Shown here: one piece after another, positions 26,970 to 36,243 of the stretch
Layout of the letters: the number at the start of each line of letters is the position of its first letter
How positions within the stretch are numbered: the stretch's first letter is position 1
IMG/VR virus record: IMGVR_UViG_3300030328_000649
Location: 1-55,100 of that record
From: a virus
Taxonomy: Duplodnaviria > Caudoviricetes
DNA: 55,100 nt
Reading direction: 5' to 3' (one strand)
Position numbers and translations under genes: made by a program
The notes under the pieces: generated by a model
What the model was told of the DNA's origin: nothing
Database searches by the model: none
Seen by the model: only the letters and a program-made list of their open reading frames with translations

Positions 26970-28655
26970 ATGAGGGCAGAGTTTGAAGATAAAGAATGGG
27001 AAGCTGTTCACCAACCTTGTCCTTTAGAAAACTGTAACAGTAGCGATGCTGTTGGCATAAACAAAGACAGGTCAGCTAAGTGTTTTAGCTGTGGTGAGTT
27101 CATTAAGAACTATGATGATGCGTGTAAAGGAAAGGATATGGAAGCAGTAACAGCAAAACCAGTAAGTCAACAAGTAAACGATATAGCAGGAAGTTACTCA
27201 GCGTTAGCAGATAGAAAGATAAAACTAGAGACTGCAAAAAAATATGGTGTGAAAGTATCACACGACATACAAGGCAAAGTAGTTAAGCATTTCTATCCAT
27301 ACTATAACGGACATGAGTTGTCTGCTACCAAGTGTCGTAACGTACATGATAAAGGATTCTTTTTACAAGGTTCGTACAACGACACAGGTTTATTTGGACA
27401 ACAGTTATTTAAAAGCGGTAAGTATGTAACGATCACAGAAGGAGAATGTGACGCAATGGCAGCCTACGAACTACTTGGTAGCAAGTGGGCAGTCGTTTCG
27501 ATTAAGCGAGGTGCGCAAGGTGCAGTTCGTGACATCAAAGAAAGTCTTGAGTTCTTTGACGATTTTGAAAATGTAATCATTGCATTTGATAATGACAAAG
27601 CAGGTAAGGATGCCAGTATAAAAGTAGCAAGACTTTTCAAACCTAGTAAGGCAAGGATTATGACGTTGCCTACAGGTTGTAAAGATCCTAATGATATGCT
27701 TAGACAGAACAAGCATAAGGAATTTACAGAAGCATGGTGGTCTGCTAAGACTTATACTCCGTCTGGAGTTATCAATGTGTCAGAGCAGAGAGAGAAGTTC
27801 CACAACAGAGAGAAGAAAGAAAGTGTACCCTATCCATACGAAGGGCTTAATAAGAAGCTGTATGGCATGAGACAAGGAGAACTCATAACTCTTACAGGGG
27901 GTACAGGGCTAGGTAAATCTAGCGTTACAAGAGAGATAGAGCATTGGTTGATTAAACAAACAACTGATAACGTAGGTATCATTGCTCTTGAAGAAGATTG
28001 GAGAAGAACTATTGATGGTATTCTTTCTATAGAATCTAACTCTAGATTGTATATAGATCAGGTAAGAGAAAGATATTCTAAAGAAGAATTAGATAAGCTA
28101 TTTGACATACTCTATGATGGAGAAAACAAGAATCGTGTGTGGGTTCATGCCCACTTTGGAGCTAACGAGCTAGACGAAATCTTTTCTAAGATAAGGTTTA
28201 TGATTGTAGGATGTGGTTGTAAATGGGTGGTGGTAGATCACTTGCACATGCTTGTCAGCGCGTCAACAGAAGGAGATGAAAGACGCACCATTGATTCTAT
28301 TATGACTAAGCTTAGATCTATAGTAGAAGAAACAGGTGCAGGTCTTATTCTTGTATCACACTTGCGTAGGATTGATGGTAACAAAGGACATGAGAATGGT
28401 ATCGAAGTAAACCTATCTCACCTTAGAGGTAGCCAGAGTATTGCACAGCTATCTGATTGTGTCTTAGCTTTGGAACGTAACCAACAGTCAGACGATTATC
28501 AAGAGTCACAGACAACAAAGGTTCGTGTGTTAAAGTCTCGGTACACAGGAGATGTTGGACTAGCTTCACACCTGCTTTATGATAATGAAACTGGAAGATT
28601 GTCTGAGCTTTCTAATGATGATATAGAAGTCACCGATAACAGCGAAGGATTTTAA
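26970..28655 (+). CDS. DNA primase-helicase (T7 gp4-like)
   Basis: Zn finger CP..C/CFSC, TOPRIM TEGECDA and FDND, Walker A GGTGLGKS, VVDHLH, LRGSQSIAQLSD. Confidence 0.95.
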   Translation: MRAEFEDKEWEAVHQPCPLENCNSSDAVGINKDRSAKCFSCGEFIKNYDDACKGKDMEAVTAKPVSQQVNDIAGSYSALADRKIKLETAKKYGVKVSHDIQGKVVKHFYPYYNGHELSATKCRNVHDKGFFLQGSYNDTGLFGQQLFKSGKYVTITEGECDAMAAYELLGSKWAVVSIKRGAQGAVRDIKESLEFFDDFENVIIAFDNDKAGKDASIKVARLFKPSKARIMTLPTGCKDPNDMLRQNKHKEFTEAWWSAKTYTPSGVINVSEQREKFHNREKKESVPYPYEGLNKKLYGMRQGELITLTGGTGLGKSSVTREIEHWLIKQTTDNVGIIALEEDWRRTIDGILSIESNSRLYIDQVRERYSKEELDKLFDILYDGENKNRVWVHAHFGANELDEIFSKIRFMIVGCGCKWVVVDHLHMLVSASTEGDERRTIDSIMTKLRSIVEETGAGLILVSHLRRIDGNKGHENGIEVNLSHLRGSQSIAQLSDCVLALERNQQSDDYQESQTTKVRVLKSRYTGDVGLASHLLYDNETGRLSELSNDDIEVTDNSEGF

Positions 28656-28656
28656 T

Positions 28657-30402
28657 ATGGATTTAGTATTTGATATAGAAACAGATGATCTAAAAGCAAC
28701 TAAGATATGGTGTATCGTTTGTCAGAATCCTGATACAGGAGAGATATTTAAATTTGATCCTGATCAGATTGACGAAGGATGTAAACTTTTGCTTAGTGCT
28801 GATAGATTGATAGGACACAACATAGTTGGTTTTGATATTCCTGTAATTAGAAAACTAACAGGAGTTGACCTATCACACATAGAAGTATTAGATACTCTTG
28901 TCTTGTCAAGACTTTTCAATCCTGTCAGAGAAGGTGGTCATAGTTTAGAAGCTTGGGGTTATAAGTTAAGATTTCCTAAGATAGACTTTGAAGATTATCT
29001 AAACTACTCACCAGATATGATGAAGTATTGTGTCAAAGATGTACAGCTAAACACTATGGTATTCAAGAACTTGAGGTTTGAAGCTAAAGGCTTTTCTAAA
29101 GATAGTATAAAGCTAGAACATGATGTTGCAAGACTAATGAAAGAGCAAGAAGAAAATGGATTTAAGTTCGATAGTTATTCTGCTGAACTTCTACTGGCAA
29201 AACTTAGAGAAAGAAAACAAGAGATAGAAGATGAAGTACATAATACTTTCAAACCTAAGTTGGTAGATGATAAGTTAGTCACACCTTATGTAAAGAAAGA
29301 TGGAACTTTATCCAAGCGTGGTCTTACTGATGAAGAGTACAAACAAGTATATCAAGATACACTACATCCTAACTCTTCTGCTGAGCCGTTCATGCGTAAG
29401 AAGTTAGTTGACTTTAATCTCGGCAGTCGTAAACAGATTGGAGAATACTTGATTGACTTTGGATGGAAGCCAGATAGATTTACACCTACTGGTCAACCTA
29501 TTGTAGATGAGAAAACTTTATCACAAGTTACACACATACACGAAGCTAGTCTGATTGCAGAGTTTCTTTTACTACAGAAACGCATAGCACAGATTGATTC
29601 GTGGGTTAAAGCTGTCGAAGATGATGATAGAATACATGGGTTTGTTATACCTAACGGAGCTATCACAGGTAGAATGACGCATCGAAGTCCAAACACAGCG
29701 CAGATTCCGAGCGTAAGACAACCTTATGGTAAGGAATGTCGTGCTTGTTGGACAGTAGATGAAGGTAATGTGTTGTTAGGTATTGACGCATCTGGTTTAG
29801 AAATAAGAATGTTAGCACACTATATGAATGACGAGGACTATACAAATGAAATTCTCAACGGAGATATACACACAGCAAATCAAAAACTTGCTAGACTTGA
29901 ATCAAGAGATAAGGCAAAGACGTTCATCTATGCCCTCATGTACGGAGCAGGAGATGAAAAACTTGGAAGCGTGGTTGGAGGAAATAAAGGAGATGGTTCT
30001 AGAGCTAGACAATTGTTCTTTGATAATAAACCATCATTTAAATCTCTTAGAGATAGAGTTACAAGAGCGTCAGCAAAAGGTCACTTGAAAGGAATAGATG
30101 GTAGAAAGTTATTCATTCGTAACGCACATGCTGCTTTGAATACTTTATTACAGGGAGCAGGAGCTATCATTATGAAGAAAGCTTTAGTTATCTTTGACAG
30201 TAAGTTAAGAGAAGCAGGACTAGAGCATAAGTTTGTAGCTAACATACATGATGAATGGCAGTTAGAAGTACCTAAAGAACACTCTAAAACTATTGGCGAT
30301 ATTGGAGTCAGTTCTATTATAGAAGCAGGGGAAGTATTTAAACTACGCTGTCCTTTGGATGGTGAATATGACACAGGAGGAAACTGGAGTGAAACACATT
30401 AG
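28657..30402 (+). CDS. Family A DNA polymerase (T7 gp5-like)
   Basis: 3'-5' exonuclease FDIET and GHNIVGFD; polymerase motifs DASGLE, AKTFIYALMYG, IHDE. Confidence 0.95.
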   Translation: MDLVFDIETDDLKATKIWCIVCQNPDTGEIFKFDPDQIDEGCKLLLSADRLIGHNIVGFDIPVIRKLTGVDLSHIEVLDTLVLSRLFNPVREGGHSLEAWGYKLRFPKIDFEDYLNYSPDMMKYCVKDVQLNTMVFKNLRFEAKGFSKDSIKLEHDVARLMKEQEENGFKFDSYSAELLLAKLRERKQEIEDEVHNTFKPKLVDDKLVTPYVKKDGTLSKRGLTDEEYKQVYQDTLHPNSSAEPFMRKKLVDFNLGSRKQIGEYLIDFGWKPDRFTPTGQPIVDEKTLSQVTHIHEASLIAEFLLLQKRIAQIDSWVKAVEDDDRIHGFVIPNGAITGRMTHRSPNTAQIPSVRQPYGKECRACWTVDEGNVLLGIDASGLEIRMLAHYMNDEDYTNEILNGDIHTANQKLARLESRDKAKTFIYALMYGAGDEKLGSVVGGNKGDGSRARQLFFDNKPSFKSLRDRVTRASAKGHLKGIDGRKLFIRNAHAALNTLLQGAGAIIMKKALVIFDSKLREAGLEHKFVANIHDEWQLEVPKEHSKTIGDIGVSSIIEAGEVFKLRCPLDGEYDTGGNWSETH

Positions 30403-30883
30403 AGTTAAAAACGCAGTACTAGAAGATGGTGAATGGTGGTACTATGGTCAAAAAGATGGTAGAAGAAGAGTATCTTCTCATGTAAAGAAAAACGAAAAAA
30501 GAATGTTTGTTAATGGTAAATACATTAAACAATCACATCCTCTTTATAAAGCAGGAAACTATAAATCTTTTGAAGATGCAGCATTTAGTTCGCTTACAAA
30601 TTATAAAAAGACTAAGCGCGGAGAAGTCTACATTATAGAAAACAAAGCTTGGAAAGGTTGGGTTAAAGTTGGTATGGCTATCGATGCAGAGGACAGGTGT
30701 AAACAGTATCAAACCTCTAGTCCTTTTAGAGATTATACATTAAAGTTTAAGAAATATTTTGACGATAGACGAAGTGCTGAACAACAAGCACATAAGAAAA
30801 TAAAAAATATTTGCAAAGATAACAATGGAGAATGGTTTAAAGTTTCTATATCAGAAGCTAAACAAATCATACAAGCGATATGA
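30359..30883 (+). CDS. GIY-YIG/T5orf172-like protein
   Basis: GEVYII...WVKVG...R...YQTSSP...E...H...GEWF; start uncertain. Confidence 0.75.
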   Translation: MVNMTQEETGVKHIRVKNAVLEDGEWWYYGQKDGRRRVSSHVKKNEKRMFVNGKYIKQSHPLYKAGNYKSFEDAAFSSLTNYKKTKRGEVYIIENKAWKGWVKVGMAIDAEDRCKQYQTSSPFRDYTLKFKKYFDDRRSAEQQAHKKIKNICKDNNGEWFKVSISEAKQIIQAI

Positions 30884-31446
30884 AACGACAAATAAATTTT
30901 GGAAACGAACAAAAAATCTGTATTGTTTGTTCTGTTCCTCTTGAAATAAAAGAAGTTGGTTCTTCAAAAGGTAATTGTTATTCTTATAATTATAATAAAA
31001 CTATGTATCTGTGCAACACCTGTCACAATAAGAAAAAAGAAAATGTTAAAACAAAAGCAAGACGTAATAAAACAGTTGGGGATTCTCAACACCTTCAAGA
31101 TATGAGAAGCGGTGCTAGAGATAGAGCAAAACAAAATAAAATACCTTTTGATTTGACTACACAAGACCTTCGTGATATTATATCAGATAGTTGTCCAATA
31201 CTGGGAATTAAATTTGAATTAAATAAACATAATCAAAAATGGGGAAAAGGAAAAAATAAAAATAATTGGGAAAACTCTCCTTCGTTAGATAGAATTGTTC
31301 CTGATAAAGGATATACTAAAGACAATGTTATTATTGTATCTCTTATGGCAAACTCAATTAAGAACCAAGCAACACCAGATCAGATATTAAAGGTTGGAAA
31401 ATTTTATAAAAATTTATACCAAGAAAAAGGAATAGTTAATGGCTAA
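30880..31446 (+). CDS. HNH-like (His-Me finger) endonuclease
   Basis: N-terminal CxxC pairs; CPILG...SPSLDRIVPDKGYTKDNV...ANSIKN. Confidence 0.75.
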   Translation: MKRQINFGNEQKICIVCSVPLEIKEVGSSKGNCYSYNYNKTMYLCNTCHNKKKENVKTKARRNKTVGDSQHLQDMRSGARDRAKQNKIPFDLTTQDLRDIISDSCPILGIKFELNKHNQKWGKGKNKNNWENSPSLDRIVPDKGYTKDNVIIVSLMANSIKNQATPDQILKVGKFYKNLYQEKGIVNG

Positions 31447-32308
31447 GAAGAAAAAACTAGACACACTTGTTGAAGATATATACGACAAGCTATCTGCTTT
31501 ATCGGATGGTAAACCTTTAGACCTTGACGATAAAACTATAGACGAGTTTGGCGAGTCAATGAAAAAAGTTTTACATCATTGGGCTAACCCTAGACCTAGA
31601 GATACAGCAACACTTCGTATGTCTAACATAGGTAAACCTACTCGACAGCTATGGTTTGAAATGAAGTCTGAAAACAAAGAAACTGAAAAGATAAAACCAT
31701 CTGTGTTCATTAAGTTTTTATATGGACACCTACTTGAAGAAGTGTTACTGATGTTAATTAAACTTGCTAAACATAAAGTTACAGGAGAACAGAAGGAAGT
31801 ATCTCTTCAAGGTATAAAAGGACACATGGATTGTATAATTGATGGTGAAGTAGTAGACATCAAGACAGCTTCTGGTTTCGCGTTTAAGAAGTTTAAAGAT
31901 AAAACCCTAGCCGAAGATGATGTTTTCGGTTATCTCCCTCAGTTGGCTGCTTACGAGGCTTCTATGGGTACAAACAAAGGGGGTTTCTTGGCAATGAACA
32001 AAGAGTCAGGTGAAATAGCATTATATAGACCTGATTCTTTCGATAAACCAGACATAAAAAAGAAAATAAAATCAGTTAAAAAGATGGTAAAAGTGGACAC
32101 ACCGCCTGATTTATGTTATAATCCTATACCAGATGGAGCATCAGGAAATATGAAACTTCCTAGAGGTTGTGTTTATTGTAGACATAAGTTTGAATGTCAC
32201 AAAGATTCTAACGAAGGTAAAGGACTAAGAGTATTTAAGTATGCAAAAGGATTTAATTATTTAACTCAGGTTGTAAAGACACCTAAAGTTTTGGAAGTAA
32301 CTAGATGA
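31439..32308 (+). CDS. PD-(D/E)XK (Cas4-like) exonuclease
   Basis: LRMSNIG, GHLLE, GHMD...VDIKTAS, QLAAY, CVYC...C. Confidence 0.8.
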   Translation: MAKKKKLDTLVEDIYDKLSALSDGKPLDLDDKTIDEFGESMKKVLHHWANPRPRDTATLRMSNIGKPTRQLWFEMKSENKETEKIKPSVFIKFLYGHLLEEVLLMLIKLAKHKVTGEQKEVSLQGIKGHMDCIIDGEVVDIKTASGFAFKKFKDKTLAEDDVFGYLPQLAAYEASMGTNKGGFLAMNKESGEIALYRPDSFDKPDIKKKIKSVKKMVKVDTPPDLCYNPIPDGASGNMKLPRGCVYCRHKFECHKDSNEGKGLRVFKYAKGFNYLTQVVKTPKVLEVTR

Positions 32309-32553
32309 ACGGAAGAAAAGCAAAAGCATTAAGAAGTCGTGGTAAAGATCTACTCATAGATTGGTTACGATCTGTTGTTCCAGAAGGAGAAGATACTTCT
32401 AAGATAAATAGAAAAACTTTACAAAACTTTCTATCAGATCAAACACACTTCTATGCTAACAGAAAGATAATGCTTAGTGCTTATTCGTTAAGATGGATAT
32501 ATAAAAAGTTAAAACGTAATCCTGATTTTACTTTGGAAGATTTGAATGGCTAG
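32305..32553 (+). CDS. Hypothetical protein
   Basis: ATGA-coupled ORF. Confidence 0.65.
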   Translation: MNGRKAKALRSRGKDLLIDWLRSVVPEGEDTSKINRKTLQNFLSDQTHFYANRKIMLSAYSLRWIYKKLKRNPDFTLEDLNG

Positions 32554-32959
32554 AAGAAAACCTAGAAAGATACGACCAAAAGAAAAAGGATTACCTAAAG
32601 GTTATGATAGTAAGTGGGAGTATGATTTACATAAAGGTATATTAAGTAATTGGAATCATCATGGTAAAATGATTGATTACATTATTGAAAAGAAATATGA
32701 ACCAGACTTTACAAAAGATAAAATTATTATCGAAGCTAAAGGTAGGTTCTGGGATCATGCAGAGTATAGTAAGTATGTTTGGATTAGAAAGTCTTTACCG
32801 AAAACAATGGAACTTGTGTTCGTCTTTCAAAAACCTTACGCACCTATGCCTGCCGCAAAGAAAAGAAAAGATGGAACAAAAAGAACACACGCTGAATGGG
32901 CTGAGTCTAATGGTTTTACATGGTACTCAGAAGAAACTTTACCAGAGGAGTTAAAATAA
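32546..32959 (+). CDS. Endonuclease I-like Holliday junction resolvase (T7 gp3-like)
   Basis: YDSKWE, YEPDF, IIEAKGRF, WAESNGF. Confidence 0.85.
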   Translation: MARRKPRKIRPKEKGLPKGYDSKWEYDLHKGILSNWNHHGKMIDYIIEKKYEPDFTKDKIIIEAKGRFWDHAEYSKYVWIRKSLPKTMELVFVFQKPYAPMPAAKKRKDGTKRTHAEWAESNGFTWYSEETLPEELK

Positions 32960-33255
32960 TGGTTGATTATAAATTCAACGAAGATAATACAATAAAACAA
33001 ATAAAAAGATATGTAGATAAAACATACGAAAGACACTATGCTAATGAAAAGTATCAAGCAACAGACATGATCATTGATGCAGGACATGGTGATGGTTTTT
33101 GTATGGGTAATATTATGAAGTATGCTATGCGTTATGGTAAGAAACCTGATCCTGTTACTGGAGATTACAAAAATCAAGGAGACTTATTAAAGATTATACA
33201 CTACGCTATAATAGCTATACACTTATGGGTAGAGGAGAAAACAAATGCTAAGTAG
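32959..33255 (+). CDS. DUF3310 / T7 gp1.7-like protein
   Basis: HY...GFCMGNIMKYAMRYGKK...DLLKIIHYA; start MVDYK via TAATG. Confidence 0.7.
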   Translation: MVDYKFNEDNTIKQIKRYVDKTYERHYANEKYQATDMIIDAGHGDGFCMGNIMKYAMRYGKKPDPVTGDYKNQGDLLKIIHYAIIAIHLWVEEKTNAK

Positions 33256-33535
33256 ATTATTATATATGATTCCGTTTTTCGGTATGGTAATAGGTTCATA
33301 TTTTATATGGACTGCAGATATTAGAGCAGCAATTATAATGGCAGGGTTAGCTCTAACACAAAGTTTAATATGCTTTACTTATCTTATAGTACAAATCGCA
33401 AACAACGGAACAGATGGAACATTAGAAGTAGAAGTACAGTTATGGGATGCGTTGATGCCGATCATATTCTTAATGTTATCTTCTACAATATTTTTATTAT
33501 TAACAACACAATTCGCAGAGACATTTTTAATATGA
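33245..33535 (+). CDS. Membrane protein (about 3 TM segments)
   Basis: Hydrophobic 96-aa ORF with a GAGGAG RBS. Confidence 0.65.
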   Translation: MLSRLLYMIPFFGMVIGSYFIWTADIRAAIIMAGLALTQSLICFTYLIVQIANNGTDGTLEVEVQLWDALMPIIFLMLSSTIFLLLTTQFAETFLI

Positions 33536-35463
33536 GTACAGAACAAAATAATGTAGGACTACCTACAAACTATCAACAGTTTATACATCTTAGTAGATAT
33601 GCTAGATGGAATGAAGAACAACAACGTAGAGAAACTTGGAACGAAACAGTCTCTCGATACTTTGATTTCTTTGAAACACATCTTAAAGAAAACCACAACT
33701 TAAGTAAGTCACAGTTTGATGAGACTAGAAAGTACTTAGAGAAAGCTGTACTGTATCTAAACATTATGCCAAGCATGAGAGCATTGATGTCAGCAGGTAC
33801 AGCATTACAAAAAGATAATGTTGCAGGATTTAACTGTAGCTATGTAGCTGTAGATAATGTCAGAGCTTTTGATGAAACATTATACATACTTATGTGTGGT
33901 ACTGGTGTTGGGTTTAGTGTTGAGCGTCAATACATAAATCAATTACCAGATCTTCCAGAAGATTTGTTTCCTACTGATACAGTTATTAAGGTAGCTGACT
34001 CTAAGATTGGGTGGGCAAAAGCATATAAAGAATTATTATCCTTGCTTTATGCAGGACAAATACCTACATGGGATGTATCTAACATCAGACCTTATGGTGC
34101 TAGACTTAAAACATTTGGTGGTCGTGCTAGTGGTCCTGCTCCGCTTGAAGAGTTATTTGATTTTACTATCAACATATTCCGTGATGCTATTACAAAAGGA
34201 CAGCGTAAGCTAGTGTCCATAGATTGCCATGATTTGATGTGTAAGGTCGCAGAAGTGGTAGTCGTAGGTGGAGTAAGGCGAAGTGCTTTAATCTCTCTCA
34301 GCAACCTCTCAGACAACCGTATGCGTAATGCTAAGTCAGGTGCATGGTGGGAAGATAATCAGCAGAGAGCTTTGTCTAATAACTCTGTATCTTACACAGA
34401 TGCTGCAGAAACTGGTGCATTTATGCGTGAATGGTTATCACTATATGAATCTAAAAGTGGTGAACGTGGTATCTTTAATCGTCAAGCAGCAGAGAAACAA
34501 GCTGCTAAGAACGGAAGAAGAGAAGAGTATAAACATTTCGGATGTAATCCATGTAGTGAAATCATCCTACGCAACAAACAGTTCTGTAATTTAACTGAGG
34601 TTGTTGTTAGACCTGACGATAATGAAGATACTTTAATAGCTAAAGTAAAAGCTGCTACAGTTCTTGGTACGTTTCAAGCTACGCTTACAAACTTTAGATA
34701 CTTGACAAGTAAGTGGAAACATAATACAGAAGAAGAATCTTTACTTGGTGTATCTCTTACAGGGATCATGGATAATAAAGATATGATAAATGGTAAAATA
34801 GATTTAGATAAATTAAAAAATGTATCTATTGATTTAAATAAAGTATGGGCTAAGAAGCTAGGTATTCCCCAATCAGCCGCCATAACTTGTGTCAAACCTA
34901 GTGGAACAGTTAGCCAACTGGTCGATAGTGCTTCTGGTATTCACACTAGACATAGCCCATACTACCTTCGTACAGTAAGAGCAGATAAAAAAGATCCTTT
35001 AGCTAAGATGATGGTTGATGCAGGAGTATACCATGAAGATGATCTTACTAAACCAGAACATACTTTGGTATTTTACTTTCCAATGAAAAGTCCTAAAGGT
35101 GCGTTGACTAGAAAAGATTTGTCAGCTACTGAACACTTAGAAGTCTGGAAAGATTATCAAGATAAGTGGTGTGAACATAAACCCTCTGTAACTATCTCAG
35201 TCAAAGAAGATGAATGGTTAGAAGTAGGTGCTTGGGTATATAAAAACTTTGATGATATATCGGGTATCTCTTTTCTTCCATACTCAGATCACTCATACAA
35301 GCAAGCTCCCTATCAGGAGATAACTTACAATGAGTATAGGAAATGGCTAAAGAAAACTACTGACACAGTTGATTGGTCAAAGATTACTGAATATGAAACA
35401 GAAGATAATACTGAAAATACTAAAGAGCTTGCGTGTAGTGCAGGTACATGTGAGATTATTTAA
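33532..35463 (+). CDS. nrdJ: Class II (adenosylcobalamin-dependent) ribonucleotide reductase
   Basis: FNCS, VGGVRRSA, NPCSEI, TCVKPSGTVSQL, C-terminal CSAGTC; no beta-subunit gene seen. Start MSTEQ at 33532. Confidence 0.85.
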   Translation: MSTEQNNVGLPTNYQQFIHLSRYARWNEEQQRRETWNETVSRYFDFFETHLKENHNLSKSQFDETRKYLEKAVLYLNIMPSMRALMSAGTALQKDNVAGFNCSYVAVDNVRAFDETLYILMCGTGVGFSVERQYINQLPDLPEDLFPTDTVIKVADSKIGWAKAYKELLSLLYAGQIPTWDVSNIRPYGARLKTFGGRASGPAPLEELFDFTINIFRDAITKGQRKLVSIDCHDLMCKVAEVVVVGGVRRSALISLSNLSDNRMRNAKSGAWWEDNQQRALSNNSVSYTDAAETGAFMREWLSLYESKSGERGIFNRQAAEKQAAKNGRREEYKHFGCNPCSEIILRNKQFCNLTEVVVRPDDNEDTLIAKVKAATVLGTFQATLTNFRYLTSKWKHNTEEESLLGVSLTGIMDNKDMINGKIDLDKLKNVSIDLNKVWAKKLGIPQSAAITCVKPSGTVSQLVDSASGIHTRHSPYYLRTVRADKKDPLAKMMVDAGVYHEDDLTKPEHTLVFYFPMKSPKGALTRKDLSATEHLEVWKDYQDKWCEHKPSVTISVKEDEWLEVGAWVYKNFDDISGISFLPYSDHSYKQAPYQEITYNEYRKWLKKTTDTVDWSKITEYETEDNTENTKELACSAGTCEII

Positions 35464-35687
35464 TGCCTAAGAAAACCGAAGCAAACTTAATAAGTTTTAA
35501 AGTCCTCCTCAACAGAGACAATCAATTAATAACTGAACTTTCAATGCTCCCTGAGAAACATATTGATAGATTGTTTCATGTTGACGAGGCTTGGATAATC
35601 CGTAATGTAATAAAGAAAAGCAAAGATAAACTTTTCAATTTGCACGATCACTTACAAGGTGAACTGCAAGCATTACAGGATAGATGA
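35463..35687 (+). CDS. Hypothetical protein
   Basis: TAATG-coupled; last gene of the plus-strand arm. Confidence 0.65.
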   Translation: MPKKTEANLISFKVLLNRDNQLITELSMLPEKHIDRLFHVDEAWIIRNVIKKSKDKLFNLHDHLQGELQALQDR

Positions 35688-35690
35688 TAC

Positions 35691-36134
35691 CTATTTAATC
35701 TTTATAGATACAGGTTTGTCTTCTTCTGGAACAATACGTTCCATTTTAATAGTCAACATTCCATCTTTAAGTTTAGCATCTTTGATTTCAATATCATCAG
35801 CAAGATTGAAACTTCTTTTAAAGTTTCTATTTGCTATACCTCTGTGAAGAGTTTGAAAATCAGCAGGATAGTTTTCATTATTTTTATCTATTGAAGAACC
35901 TTTAATTGTTAATGTATTTTTTTCTTGAACAACATCTAAGTCTTCTTTAGATATACCTGCAACTGCCATCTTAAGTTCATAAGTATTTTCTTTCTTGGTC
36001 ATGTTGTAAGGGGGATAACCTGAACCTCTGTCAATATTTTGCAAGCGATACATGTCGTTGAACAAAGCATCGAATCCAATAAATGAGTTTGAGAATATAG
36101 GTTTAGTGAGGTCTAATAAGAATTTATTAGTCAT
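35691..36134 (-). CDS. hsp20: Small heat-shock protein Hsp20 (IbpA-like)
   Basis: IGFD, YPPYN, AVAG, LHRGIANRNFKRSFNL, DGMLTI, VPEE, C-terminal IxI. Confidence 0.95.
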   Translation of the reverse strand: MTNKFLLDLTKPIFSNSFIGFDALFNDMYRLQNIDRGSGYPPYNMTKKENTYELKMAVAGISKEDLDVVQEKNTLTIKGSSIDKNNENYPADFQTLHRGIANRNFKRSFNLADDIEIKDAKLKDGMLTIKMERIVPEEDKPVSIKIK

Positions 36135-36201
36135 AGTATTTACTCCTTTTTATTAAGCAAGTGTTATTGTTATTATTGGCGCACATTATGCCACACCAAT
36201 A
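36135..36201 (-). promoter_or_regulatory. ROSE-like RNA thermometer in the hsp20 5' UTR
   Basis: A 5' hairpin, then ACUUGCU-loop-AGGAGU pairing over the SD with a bulged G. Confidence 0.6.
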
Positions 36202-36206
36202 CTTAT

Positions 36207-36235
36207 ATTATAAGGTCATATTTAAACTTTGTCAA
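36207..36235 (-). promoter_or_regulatory. Consensus sigma70 promoter of hsp20
   Basis: TTGACA-17 nt-TATAAT on the minus strand. Confidence 0.85.
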
Positions 36236-36243
36236 GTTTTTTT

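Noticed and set aside
33370-33531. N-terminal extension of the RNR given in the ORF track
   Set aside because: It overlaps the membrane-protein gene; ATG 33532 gives a typical start with ATGA coupling.
27464-34895. Short alternative-frame and antisense ORFs inside primase, polA and nrdJ
   Set aside because: They are fully nested in well-supported genes with no independent evidence.
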